This document shows, piece after piece, positions 1 to 9,939 of a stretch of 64,000 nt of DNA. The stretch covers positions 1-64,000 of IMG/VR virus record IMGVR_UViG_3300033141_006329. One strand, given 5' to 3'. The notes below the pieces were generated by a model. The model was not told the DNA's origin, did not search any database, and saw nothing but the letters and a program-made list of their open reading frames with translations. The first letter of the stretch is position 1. Each line of letters opens with the position of its first letter. The position numbers and the translations under genes were made by a program.

Positions 1-200
1 TAATTGGGGGTCATATCGTGCTTCATCTTCTTGATTAATATCACAATATCCGTCAGTAAATTTAGCATGTATTTTGTGTGTAGTTTCATCTGAAAACTTA
101 ATTCTAAAATCTAACATGGGAGTGAGCGATATATTATACGGATCTGTATTCAATTTGAAATATATTTCAGCGTCAATGTACTTTATCAAACTCTTTTCTC

Positions 201-548
201 CTAATTTATAAGCTGCGTTTTCGGAACCACTATCATTGAGATCTTTTTCTTTTCCCCCTTTTCCTTTCCTGATGCAGAATTACACTCACATTTCTCACCA
301 TCTTCATCGCACTTACAACCATACTGACACGCCTTTTCGAGTTTTTCTTTAACTTCTTTAGGTATTTCTATTCCCTTTTCTTCAACCATAGACGCACATT
401 CTCTCAGCGTTTCATTTGCATATGTGAGCATATCAATCATTTTATTATACGCTTCGTTGAACTTACCATCGTCCTTTAATTCTGTAAATTCCTTTAATTT
501 TTCATCGAGAATCTTTTTTCGGCTTTTCAAATCATCTATACTACTCAT
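201..548 (-). CDS. hypothetical protein with Cys cluster
   Basis: 115-aa ORF coupled to the upstream nuclease gene; CQYGCKC...CEC. Confidence 0.6.
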   Translation of the reverse strand: MSSIDDLKSRKKILDEKLKEFTELKDDGKFNEAYNKMIDMLTYANETLRECASMVEEKGIEIPKEVKEKLEKACQYGCKCDEDGEKCECNSASGKEKGEKKKISMIVVPKTQLIN

Positions 549-1557
549 TTATTAGTTCCTCCTTATTAATTAATTCCAAACCGACATTAATATATTCTTC
601 AATTTCTACTGATGGAATTCTCATCAATTCGAGATATTTCCTCATCTTTTCTTCTTCGTTCATACTACTATTTATACCACGAGTCTCGAATTCCTCCTCA
701 TATTCATCTACCACTTTTATATCTTTATCTTCGATCTCGGTTATTATTTCAGGTAGTTTATTCCTTATAGTTACAAAGTTCCCTTCATTCTTAAGTCTCG
801 TAGCCTCTTCTATAATAGTATCTTTATCTTCAATTTTATCTATTGTAAAATCAAAATATTTTCTATATCCTGTAGTCTCAATACTCTCTACTTCTAATGT
901 CTCATCATCCACTATAAGAAACCGTTTAATCTCACCGTGTTCAGCTCGTGTTAGAGGAATCAATGATCCCACATACCATAAATTATCCACAGTCTGAGGT
1001 TTATGATAATGACCACATAACACCAATTGCCATTTCTTTAAATCCCCAGAACTTATTGAGGATCGTAATGATCTTCCATTGGACAATTGTGCATCTGAAA
1101 CACCAAAATGAGACATCAAAATATTATTATCAGGTAGATCAGTTAAAACATCAACTAATCCTTTATGAACATAGGGTAGAAATGTGATATTACCATATGT
1201 AGTGGGCTTGTTTATTGTTATGACGTTCTTCGGTCCAGCTAATAAATCTATTGCTGTTCTTTCACCCGTTTTGGATGTCATATCATGATTACCATATATA
1301 ATATAAAATGTTATATCACTATACTTTTCCAAAATCTTTTTGAATATAGAAAATGCATCTACTGCCGCCATTTCTTTTGTATCATTAACATCGCCCAATA
1401 TTGCTACTTTCTCTATTTTATTTTTTCTACAATATTTGCACACATCCTCAAATGTATTGAGAACTTCGCTAAGTTTCAAGGGGATACCATTATCGTCATA
1501 CTCTCTATCTTCAAACATTCTTAAATGAATATCCCCAGTAACCCCCCATTTGCTCAT
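541..1557 (-). CDS. Mre11/SbcD (T4 gp47-like) metallophosphoesterase nuclease
   Basis: GDIH, LGDV, GNHD, MSH, GHYH, YVGS motifs. Confidence 0.85.
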   Translation of the reverse strand: MSKWGVTGDIHLRMFEDREYDDNGIPLKLSEVLNTFEDVCKYCRKNKIEKVAILGDVNDTKEMAAVDAFSIFKKILEKYSDITFYIIYGNHDMTSKTGERTAIDLLAGPKNVITINKPTTYGNITFLPYVHKGLVDVLTDLPDNNILMSHFGVSDAQLSNGRSLRSSISSGDLKKWQLVLCGHYHKPQTVDNLWYVGSLIPLTRAEHGEIKRFLIVDDETLEVESIETTGYRKYFDFTIDKIEDKDTIIEEATRLKNEGNFVTIRNKLPEIITEIEDKDIKVVDEYEEEFETRGINSSMNEEEKMRKYLELMRIPSVEIEEYINVGLELINKEELINE

Positions 1558-2114
1558 ATATTTGTTCCTCCATTCATGAATAAATCAAATGTAATATTAG
1601 GATAAAATTCACCATTTATCATTATTGTTCCATATTTCCCCATAGTACCAATTGGCGTATTTACTGTTTTTTTATCTTTTATTTCATAATAGTTGAAGAA
1701 AAATCCATTAAATGCTAAGGCTGTGTATAAATTATCAATATGTATATTAGGATGAAACCGGGTATTATTAGTTATATCGCTAAAACCAAAATCAATATGA
1801 TCCATATCATAGCCCCTAAGTTCAAAATATTTCAATATATCACTTCTAATTACACCATATAAAAATATCAAATCAGCATCGCTTCTATATGCTCGTCCAA
1901 CCAATTCCTCCGAAGCTTTTTTTATAATCTTATCTACAGGATCTTTATACAACTTTGTCAAATATATGATTATATCTGTCCATTTAAAATCAATAAATCT
2001 ATCCTCAACACTCACTTCCTTTTTAACCTCCATAACCTCCATATTATTATTGGCGCAATTGGATAACAATATATACCAAGCGCGCACAACAAAACTCTTT
2101 TCGGGTAGCCACAA
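1554..2114 (-). CDS. hypothetical protein (true start probably about 2010-2040)
   Basis: ORF track; the 5' part overlaps a better RBS-led ORF in another frame. Confidence 0.5.
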   Translation of the reverse strand: MWLPEKSFVVRAWYILLSNCANNNMEVMEVKKEVSVEDRFIDFKWTDIIIYLTKLYKDPVDKIIKKASEELVGRAYRSDADLIFLYGVIRSDILKYFELRGYDMDHIDFGFSDITNNTRFHPNIHIDNLYTALAFNGFFFNYYEIKDKKTVNTPIGTMGKYGTIMINGEFYPNITFDLFMNGGTNI

Positions 2115-2188
2115 CCCCTATCTGTAGCTATAAGCAATATTGATATACTCATAACATAAACAACGAACTCAGCTATAACCCATCCCAT
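2012..2188 (-). CDS. small membrane protein, 58 aa, not in ORF track
   Basis: AGGAG then ATG; MGWVIAEFVVYVMSISILLIATDRGCGYPKRVLLCALGIYCYPIAPIIIWRLWRLKRK. Confidence 0.6.
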   Translation of the reverse strand: MGWVIAEFVVYVMSISILLIATDRGCGYPKRVLLCALGIYCYPIAPIIIWRLWRLKRK

Positions 2189-2206
2189 ATGATTATCTCC
2201 TATATT

Positions 2207-3034
2207 TTAGAAAGGCGCACCATCTCCAATATCCTCCTCATCATCCTCATCATCCTCATCATCTTTGATCATTTCGCTTATACACCAGATTGATATTGGA
2301 ATGTCTTCACTTGTTGTTGTTAAATTAAGCAATAAGTTATCACCATCATTTCTGAAATAACCCTTTATGATAACATTATCATCAGTAAGCATAAATGGTA
2401 ATATAGGAAAAACACAATCACAATTGACTTCTGTTTCTAACTCAACTGTCATCAGTTTTCCTGTAGTAACTGACGAATTGTTATCTGTAGTTGTTACTAT
2501 AAAATCAGCCTTACCACCTCTAAACTCTACCTTTAATTTACTTGCTGCTAATCCTTTTTGAAATGCAGCTAATCTATCTATTAGGAATTTTTCCAATTCA
2601 TATTCAAATATAACATCATCATCTGCTAAAGACAATTTCGTCTGAAAATCATCCTCAGTCATATAAGGATTAGACATATATTTCTCGATCGGTTTAGTTA
2701 CTTCTATCTGACTGTGTTCATCTCTAAACTTATAGGATGCGCCATTATCAATCTCGATATTTCTTTTTTGTTTCTTGAATGGCTCTAACAATCCTACCTT
2801 AGTAGCTATCCCTGTAAGATGAATAGTTTCGTTGCCCAACACCGAGCTAACATCTATTGATATCAATGAATTTTTCCTATCTGAATGCTGACAAATTTTC
2901 CCATCGACTATAGATAAATCTGTACATAGTTTAGATATAGTATCAAATACTGATAACAACTTTGAAAAATCTTCACTATCAACTTCTATAACACTTCCCT
3001 CCTCAGAGGTTAATTTCTTTAAATCCTCACTCAT
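2207..3034 (-). CDS. possible DNA sliding clamp-like protein with acidic tail
   Basis: 275 aa, next to the gp47-like and ssb genes; ends DDEDDEDDEEDIGDGAPF; fold is a guess. Confidence 0.35.
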   Translation of the reverse strand: MSEDLKKLTSEEGSVIEVDSEDFSKLLSVFDTISKLCTDLSIVDGKICQHSDRKNSLISIDVSSVLGNETIHLTGIATKVGLLEPFKKQKRNIEIDNGASYKFRDEHSQIEVTKPIEKYMSNPYMTEDDFQTKLSLADDDVIFEYELEKFLIDRLAAFQKGLAASKLKVEFRGGKADFIVTTTDNNSSVTTGKLMTVELETEVNCDCVFPILPFMLTDDNVIIKGYFRNDGDNLLLNLTTTSEDIPISIWCISEMIKDDEDDEDDEEDIGDGAPF

Positions 3035-3051
3035 GAACCTTTTTCCTTTCT

Positions 3052-3267
3052 CTACTTCTTCAAATCTTTCAATTGTTCTTTTACTATTTCAATTTCTTCC
3101 TTTTCAATGAAGTCTGTTACTTCTTCATTCTCATCAAAACCAAAAACTTTACAGAATTTTTTAAATTGCTCCCACTTATTGTCATCCTTAACTTCTCTAT
3201 TGAAAACATCGGCAAAATCGTCCAATCTCATTGAATTGCCTTTAATTATTTTAACCTCTTTTTTCAT
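3052..3267 (-). CDS. hypothetical protein
   Basis: 71-aa ORF with RBS, in operon. Confidence 0.55.
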   Translation of the reverse strand: MKKEVKIIKGNSMRLDDFADVFNREVKDDNKWEQFKKFCKVFGFDENEEVTDFIEKEEIEIVKEQLKDLKK

Positions 3268-3278
3268 GATTCAGATTC

Positions 3279-3698
3279 CTAATTAAAATTTCTTGCTGGG
3301 GAAGTCATGGATCGATCCATTATTGGGGCCGCACCAAATGTATTGACGGGTCTGGTTTCTATATCATGATCCTCTACCCTCACTTTTCTGTCCAATAAAG
3401 ATATAGCATCTGCAATGATTTGTATATTCTTTATTTGAACATTATCTATCATTCGATCTTCTGGATCAAGTTTGCCAACTACTATAATGCGATCCCCTTT
3501 CTTAAATTTGCGAGCAACGGTTTCTGCCAATTGCCGGAAGCATACTATTTTTATCCAACATACTTTTTTGTTACCTTCCCTATCTTTCATCGGGGAATCA
3601 TATGCCATTCCCATTGTGGTTACAGGGTTCCCTTTAGCTGCATATCTCAATTCGGGATCTCTGCCCAAATTCCCAGCTAACGTTATTTGATTTATCAT
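3279..3698 (-). CDS. ssb: single-stranded DNA-binding protein, bacterial type
   Basis: NQITLAGNLGRDPELRY, IVCFRQLAE, KGDRIIVVGKL; no acidic C-terminal tip. Confidence 0.9.
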   Translation of the reverse strand: MINQITLAGNLGRDPELRYAAKGNPVTTMGMAYDSPMKDREGNKKVCWIKIVCFRQLAETVARKFKKGDRIIVVGKLDPEDRMIDNVQIKNIQIIADAISLLDRKVRVEDHDIETRPVNTFGAAPIMDRSMTSPARNFN

Positions 3699-3742
3699 CA
3701 GAATACTCCTTAATTATAAAATTATCTCTTTAACCTATATAC

Positions 3743-4126
3743 TTACATTTTGTTTCCCGATTTATTGTACATTATCTGAGAATTTTTAAGCCTTTCCTCC
3801 AGATTTGAAACTGCATAAATTTCCTCCCCCTGAATATTATGTTCCAAATCTAATACTCTTATGTGCGCTTCATCGTTATTTATACTAATTGATTCTTCTC
3901 CTGCTAATTGCTTGCTCGTTACTGTTATAGTAAGAGGCATTGGCGGCAATGATAATAGTTTTATATCTATCTCTTTGAGATCTGTTCCTTTATTTTCTAC
4001 TCTTGTAACTACAGCCCATGCCATACCATTCTGTGATAATAATAAAAACATTATATCCCCGATATCAACTTCTTTCTTTGATGGTAGTATTGTATTTAAT
4101 TTTGAAATAATTTCTGAAAATTCCAT
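3743..4126 (-). CDS. hypothetical protein
   Basis: 127-aa ORF with RBS. Confidence 0.55.
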   Translation of the reverse strand: MEFSEIISKLNTILPSKKEVDIGDIMFLLLSQNGMAWAVVTRVENKGTDLKEIDIKLLSLPPMPLTITVTSKQLAGEESISINNDEAHIRVLDLEHNIQGEEIYAVSNLEERLKNSQIMYNKSGNKM

Positions 4127-4138
4127 TTTAATTTCTCC

Positions 4139-5539
4139 TCATAATTTTATAGTTTCTATCTTCCATCCATGCTTTTTATAAATTTCTATTCGTTGTTCGG
4201 ATTTCCTTATAAACCAATTCACTTTAGTATTACTCTCAATCGAGTTGGTTTTAGGCCCCTCTGTATCGATCAAATCCATAACTATGGGAATTTTCTTCCC
4301 CTCCAATTGTCTCTGTATTCTTCCGACACTTTGTAGGACATTTGTTGATGGCGTTGAATGTATTAAACAATCCAAATCTTTTCTATTGTTTCCATCCCGT
4401 GCAGCAAGATACGTTGCAAATATCACCTTTCTTTTATGAAAGGCCGTATCCAAATCATCTGTATTCGAAACAGACAATCTCTCTTCTGAAGTTGTCCCGG
4501 GTATAAATATACCTATGTCTTCTTTGGGTACTAAAGATTTCTTTGCTAATTCTAACAATGTCAATTTTCTCTCTCCTAATATGAGAGTGATCCTTCCTTT
4601 ATCGTAGCATTTTTTAACTAATTTGGATACAGTATCAATATATTTTTGAGATTTGGTTGCTTGCTTGAGATATCTACTTCGACTATATCTTCCTCCCCAA
4701 CATATATATTTTTTATATCTCCCATAAATACCAAATGAAAAGTATATCAAATATATTATTGGTTTTAATATTTCCCCCTCCCCTGGTTCTAGATAAGTAG
4801 TTTCACCTGTATGATATTTGATAATATCATCATTACCATCATTTCTGCTAGGTGTAGCACTTAAACCAAATATCCTTTTACATCTCAAACTCAAAGATGA
4901 TTTAGAAAACTCTTCGGGGCCTATGCCTATATGTACTTCATCGACAAACGCCATTCCAATTCCTGAATTATGCAAGGCTGTCATAAATTCATTATTCTCA
5001 TGCTTTATTGCATATGGTATTATATGTTCTGTGCTGAGTATTATTTTCTTCTGAAAGACCTTTTCATAATTCTTGGTAGATAATTTTCCTATATCGTCCT
5101 CAGTTAAATTTGTAAATTTTAATATCTCACTTTTCCATTGCTCTAATAGTTTCACCTTATGAGCAAATATTATTGTGCGTTTTTTGATTGCTGATATAGC
5201 TGCTATAGCTGCTACAGTTTTTCCTGATCCTGGTTCCAAACATAGTAAGCCGTTGTTATTCTCAGATAATAATTTTATGGCTTTTATCTGTCTGTCGGTA
5301 TTAGGAATTATATTACATTCTATTTCTATATCAACACCTTCATCGGTAAGATCCTTTATTTTATCTGTTACTGGATAAAATCTAGGGATTAGAATATAGT
5401 CTCCCATATCCTCATAAAATCTCATCTTATCTACTTCACCGTTATACCCATACACTATCCTATTTAGATCTCTTTCTATAACCTCAAAATTAGGATGTGA
5501 TTTGGGTAACTCTATTCCTCCACTCCTCTTTAACCTCAT
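4139..5539 (-). CDS. superfamily 2 helicase (UvsW/XPB-like)
   Basis: PGSGKT, DEVH, SAT, QSVGRIQR. Confidence 0.85.
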   Translation of the reverse strand: MRLKRSGGIELPKSHPNFEVIERDLNRIVYGYNGEVDKMRFYEDMGDYILIPRFYPVTDKIKDLTDEGVDIEIECNIIPNTDRQIKAIKLLSENNNGLLCLEPGSGKTVAAIAAISAIKKRTIIFAHKVKLLEQWKSEILKFTNLTEDDIGKLSTKNYEKVFQKKIILSTEHIIPYAIKHENNEFMTALHNSGIGMAFVDEVHIGIGPEEFSKSSLSLRCKRIFGLSATPSRNDGNDDIIKYHTGETTYLEPGEGEILKPIIYLIYFSFGIYGRYKKYICWGGRYSRSRYLKQATKSQKYIDTVSKLVKKCYDKGRITLILGERKLTLLELAKKSLVPKEDIGIFIPGTTSEERLSVSNTDDLDTAFHKRKVIFATYLAARDGNNRKDLDCLIHSTPSTNVLQSVGRIQRQLEGKKIPIVMDLIDTEGPKTNSIESNTKVNWFIRKSEQRIEIYKKHGWKIETIKL

Positions 5540-5555
5540 TTATTTCTATTCCTCT

Positions 5556-6239
5556 CTACCTATTGCATAATTCCAACTCATATTCCTCTATCTCTTCTGG
5601 GCCAAATATACAACAACTACTTGGTGTCTCCCAAAAATCTATACGATGTAAACTACAATCGTCTGTAAAATCTAGGCACAATTTATCAAAAGCCCACTTT
5701 ATTATATTCTCAGAGGTAGGGTTATTTATTGTATCATTGAGTAAAGTGTGGTCCAATTTAGATATTATCTTATCCTTCACCAACTTTTTCAATACAACGA
5801 AATCAATAACCATTCCAGTCTCAGGATCTACTGGTCCCTTTATATATATTCTAATTTTTCCCCGGTGGCCATGGAGGGCACTGCAAGGACCAATATAGTC
5901 AGGGAGGAAATGTGCAAAATCAAATTCAAAATCCTTATATATTATCATTTCTGGCATTTTAATTTCTCCTTTATTTATCCTTCTTTGAAATTTATCTGTT
6001 AACAAATCACCGATCAAATTCCCCAGATCTTTTATCATATAATACACCCCATAGAAAAATGCGCCCCCAACAAGGCCCAGTTGCCATATCATATTAATAT
6101 CCATAACAAATGCAGATTCTTGGATTGTTCCATAATCTGATATAATTGCCACCATGAACCAAATATAAAATATCATAGCAGCTATTTTTCCTAAATTATT
6201 GAAAGTATTTTTTAAATCGTTCATATTTTTCCTCCTCAT
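5556..6239 (-). CDS. queD: 6-carboxytetrahydropterin synthase QueD, in frame with an N-terminal membrane segment
   Basis: FDFAH, CSALHGH, GMVIDF, LDHTLLN, NPTSENI, FWETP; internal RBS AAGGAG before MPEM at about 5957. Confidence 0.85.
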   Translation of the reverse strand: MRRKNMNDLKNTFNNLGKIAAMIFYIWFMVAIISDYGTIQESAFVMDINMIWQLGLVGGAFFYGVYYMIKDLGNLIGDLLTDKFQRRINKGEIKMPEMIIYKDFEFDFAHFLPDYIGPCSALHGHRGKIRIYIKGPVDPETGMVIDFVVLKKLVKDKIISKLDHTLLNDTINNPTSENIIKWAFDKLCLDFTDDCSLHRIDFWETPSSCCIFGPEEIEEYELELCNR

Positions 6240-6865
6240 AAAAATGTATTAGTTATTGAATTATCAGGCATATAGTAAATATTATAATCTCCTGCATCTA
6301 AGTAAAATAGTTGGGTATATTTATTTCTAATTTCCTCATACCGACCACTATCATCAAACCCCACTAACTGTTTTATTGTGAATTGACATTTATATTTATT
6401 TTGAAAATTCAAATATTCTTCAATCATTTCATCTGTTGTATTTGATGTAACCAGATGAGTTATTCTTACATTAGTTAGTTTTGTTAAATATTCCAAATAT
6501 TCAACATCGCCTGATAATATATCACTTGAAAACACGCATCTGTTAACGTGCTTTCTCCAAAAATTCTGATGGGTAAATTGTTCTCGCGTGTGTATATCTA
6601 CTTTCATTCCAAGGCTCTCTGTTATTTCAAAAAATCTTATCCACCACCCAACGTGTCTATCATATTTGTAAAGGCTATCACCTCCGCCAGACACAGATAC
6701 TTTTCCTTTGTCTCTGTGTTCAATTAAGAATTTTTCTAATTTCTTCCAATCCGTTTCTAATCTAATATTCTCCAGACGGTGACCCTTCCAAATACAATAC
6801 CAGCATTTGGCCCTACATCCGAAATTTGTAATTACTGAAATATTTGTGCTAATTGGCCGCAACAT
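6236..6865 (-). CDS. radical SAM protein (possibly QueE-like)
   Basis: CRAKCWYC (CX3CX2C), SGGGDSL; 209 aa; adjacent to queD. Confidence 0.7.
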   Translation of the reverse strand: MLRPISTNISVITNFGCRAKCWYCIWKGHRLENIRLETDWKKLEKFLIEHRDKGKVSVSGGGDSLYKYDRHVGWWIRFFEITESLGMKVDIHTREQFTHQNFWRKHVNRCVFSSDILSGDVEYLEYLTKLTNVRITHLVTSNTTDEMIEEYLNFQNKYKCQFTIKQLVGFDDSGRYEEIRNKYTQLFYLDAGDYNIYYMPDNSITNTFL

Positions 6866-7812
6866 AATCCTGCCTCCTCACATTTTGCTATTGCATCAAT
6901 AACTGTAGGAACTCCTATTTTGTTAAAGTCATTCCCTAATTTTTCCAAAACTTCATAGTTATTATAATTAGCATATGTCTCAAGATGGTTTGTTTCAGAT
7001 CTAATTGTACTATTTAAAGGAATTAATTTCACCCTAAATCTATCACCAGTCAATCCCATTCTTTTCAACTTATTCACATCTATCTCAATGCCCTCCATAA
7101 CAATAAAATTTAGAGTAACTGTTCTATTCGTAATTTCGAATTTATTAAGATAGTTAATTATCTCTTCTATACCCAATACATCTGCCCCACCAAATAACTC
7201 TTTTCTTTTCGATTCATTTGTGGAATTAACTGATATCTGAAAATGTAAAAACCCATCATAATTATTTTCCTTAACTTCCATCACTCTATCAATAATCTCA
7301 AATCCATCCACACCTTCTATTGTTTTTCTTGGCAATATACTATTAAAACAAGGTAACCATCTATAATGTCTACTCATCGAGCGAGAAATTACGGGAAGCC
7401 TCTTAACAATCGTTAATACATTATCTATATTGTGCGCAGGTTCTCCCATTCTAGCAAACCCTATTTTAACTTTATCCGAACGTTGAACATAAGGTGAAAG
7501 ATCTAAAATTAAACGAATCTGGTTTTCTATTTCTATGTCTGTTAAATTTCCTTTAAATTCTAAACTCGGCACATCACAAAACTGACATTTGTGTGGGCAC
7601 CCTTTTTGAGTAGAAACAGTTAATAACCATTTTTCACTATAAGGTTTCAAATGTTTCCATATAATATGAGGATCTAAAGAATTTCTAACTTCGTAATTTT
7701 CTTTGCCGCCAACTGAAACATCTCTCATTTCAGTACATTCAATGAGATATCCATCACAGTCTACTAAAAATATTCTTCCACTTGGAAGATGACATACATC
7801 TTTAATTCTCAT
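6832..7812 (-). CDS. RlmN/Cfr-like radical SAM enzyme
   Basis: VSTQKGCPHKCQFC, RMGEP, QISVNS, IPLN, CCGQL. Confidence 0.8.
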   Translation of the reverse strand: MRIKDVCHLPSGRIFLVDCDGYLIECTEMRDVSVGGKENYEVRNSLDPHIIWKHLKPYSEKWLLTVSTQKGCPHKCQFCDVPSLEFKGNLTDIEIENQIRLILDLSPYVQRSDKVKIGFARMGEPAHNIDNVLTIVKRLPVISRSMSRHYRWLPCFNSILPRKTIEGVDGFEIIDRVMEVKENNYDGFLHFQISVNSTNESKRKELFGGADVLGIEEIINYLNKFEITNRTVTLNFIVMEGIEIDVNKLKRMGLTGDRFRVKLIPLNSTIRSETNHLETYANYNNYEVLEKLGNDFNKIGVPTVIDAIAKCEEAGLCCGQLAQIFQ

Positions 7813-7814
7813 TT

Positions 7815-9170
7815 TTAATCCTCCTTTAAATTTGATTGTTCCAATAATTGTCCAATCTTCTGATATTTATCAATGCATAATTTTTCCGAATTATTCACTA
7901 CTTTCACAAACTTTTCTTTCTTATCTTTAAGCCCATCAATATCAAGAGACACTGAAATCAATTTTCTTATTTTATACTTACTCATAACTCTCTGAATACT
8001 AACTTTATCGCAATGTGATTTTTTTGATAGAACATTACATATTTCATCTGCCGAGGCTAAATTCTTCGTTGCGGATGATACGTGTGATCTAATCTTTTTT
8101 ATAGTTTTCAGGTCCTCTATCTCAACGTCCAGTACTTCTATAGATTTGTTTAAATAATTTTTAAAAGCATCCGAATAGCACGAATATGCCCTCAGTAACA
8201 TTTCATCAACAGATGATATTTTAACATTACCATCATCGACAACATACATATTGAAGGATATAGTATTCTTTAAAACTTCTGGTATTGCTTCACACATTCT
8301 TTCAAAAACCTTATCTTTATTTCTACTCTTCGCTACATCAAATGTCACAGTCGTACCAACATCGCCTGTGGAGTCATCATTATATCCTATATCGCCATTA
8401 GATAACAATCCCCAATCTTTATATTTATCTATCCTATTCAATAACGAAGTTTCAAATACCTGTCTTGGCGACCACCCTTTTATAATTACACATCTTTTAG
8501 CCTCATTTATAATATACTCCCCTTGTACTGAAATTTTGCCAGTTCCATCCATTAACAATTTCTCACAATCTTCATCCGATGACAGAACTTTACATCCTGT
8601 TACTTTTGGTCTTATTATTACTTTATCTCCAATACCCTTAAGATATAATAATCTAAGTATCAAATCAGATAATTCATAACAAGGGATATCTGTCTTAAAT
8701 CCAAATGCTATAGAGGACAATTCAGATAACGCCATAAGACAGAATGGTATCATGGTAGGTATTGCTACTGGTTCAGGATCAGACTCGTCTATTTCCCATT
8801 TGGCATAGTTAACATATTTAAAAGCTAATTCCTCTATAAACTTATTGGCTTTCATATAGGTATAACGAGGAGCAGCTGCACCCTCACTATCTATTCCTAT
8901 ATTAGATCCCCATTGTCCATCACCGTCTGCAAACTTATTTTGAACTGCCCAAACAGTTGTACCTATAGCTTCACTGTGAGGATGCCATCTGGCCATACAT
9001 TCGCCTAATATCTTCGCTGTCTTAACATATTTATTTTTCGCAATTGTATGAGCAGTAAGTAGTATTCTTCTTTGAACAGGAAGGAGTCCATCTATTATGG
9101 ATGGGAGCATCTTTCTGGTGTTTGAATATAAACCGTATTCCCTGTAATATTGCGGTATTAATTTTTCCAT
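7815..9170 (-). CDS. type IIA topoisomerase subunit A (short, no C-terminal pinwheel)
   Basis: DGLLPVQRRIL, KTAK, HPHS, AAPRYT catalytic Tyr. Confidence 0.9.
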   Translation of the reverse strand: MEKLIPQYYREYGLYSNTRKMLPSIIDGLLPVQRRILLTAHTIAKNKYVKTAKILGECMARWHPHSEAIGTTVWAVQNKFADGDGQWGSNIGIDSEGAAAPRYTYMKANKFIEELAFKYVNYAKWEIDESDPEPVAIPTMIPFCLMALSELSSIAFGFKTDIPCYELSDLILRLLYLKGIGDKVIIRPKVTGCKVLSSDEDCEKLLMDGTGKISVQGEYIINEAKRCVIIKGWSPRQVFETSLLNRIDKYKDWGLLSNGDIGYNDDSTGDVGTTVTFDVAKSRNKDKVFERMCEAIPEVLKNTISFNMYVVDDGNVKISSVDEMLLRAYSCYSDAFKNYLNKSIEVLDVEIEDLKTIKKIRSHVSSATKNLASADEICNVLSKKSHCDKVSIQRVMSKYKIRKLISVSLDIDGLKDKKEKFVKVVNNSEKLCIDKYQKIGQLLEQSNLKED

Positions 9171-9174
9171 AAAT

Positions 9175-9534
9175 CTACTCCAAATAAAGCCAAGTTCGCT
9201 GCTCTAGTATGATATTAGCAACAACCCGACCTACACTATTACCCAAATGATTTAACAATTTTTTAAGTTTCTTTTCGAGGCTATCAGAATCGACCCAAGT
9301 TATCCTATGTGTTTTAAAATAACAATCAACATCTTCTATAATTAACAAAAGACAATAACCCCCTTGTGTAGTTGTGCGATATAACCTAGCCACCTCCTCA
9401 CCGCCATATAAAACCATCTTCACAAATGTTTCTTTCTCGTCACAACTATTATCCGTTACAAATGCCAATTTTCCATTAGAATGTATAGTATTGTCTAAAT
9501 TATTCTCATATGAAAATCGTATATAATCTGTCAT
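9175..9534 (-). CDS. hypothetical protein
   Basis: 119-aa ORF with RBS. Confidence 0.55.
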   Translation of the reverse strand: MTDYIRFSYENNLDNTIHSNGKLAFVTDNSCDEKETFVKMVLYGGEEVARLYRTTTQGGYCLLLIIEDVDCYFKTHRITWVDSDSLEKKLKKLLNHLGNSVGRVVANIILEQRTWLYLE

Positions 9535-9543
9535 TTTTTCTCC

Positions 9544-9939
9544 TTACCATTGTGTTGGATTACTATATTTAATACTGTCCACCATCTGTTGTACCAATCC
9601 TCCAAACATACCAGTCAATATGTCTGGTGCTATTCTTTTTATAAGAGCTTCTACAGCATCGCTCGCCATTGTTTTTCCACTTGTTGTCCAATTTTCTTGC
9701 CATTCGGGTTTCTGCATTTCTGTTTGTAATATCTTTTTAACTTCTTCTCTGGCAAGTTCATTAACCAATCGCGGTAAATCATCTTTCAAAAACCTATTTA
9801 ATTCTACTGTTATTAACTCATTCCAGGACTCTTCTGGAATAAGACTGGCAAACTGCCCTTTAATTTTATCCTTTATAACATCTCTAAAATCTCTCACTAT
9901 ATCTACTTCGTTCATGTGACCTCCTTCTTTATTATACAT
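9544..9939 (-). CDS. hypothetical helical protein
   Basis: ORF track; GAAGGAGG before an internal ATG. Confidence 0.55.
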   Translation of the reverse strand: MYNKEGGHMNEVDIVRDFRDVIKDKIKGQFASLIPEESWNELITVELNRFLKDDLPRLVNELAREEVKKILQTEMQKPEWQENWTTSGKTMASDAVEALIKRIAPDILTGMFGGLVQQMVDSIKYSNPTQW

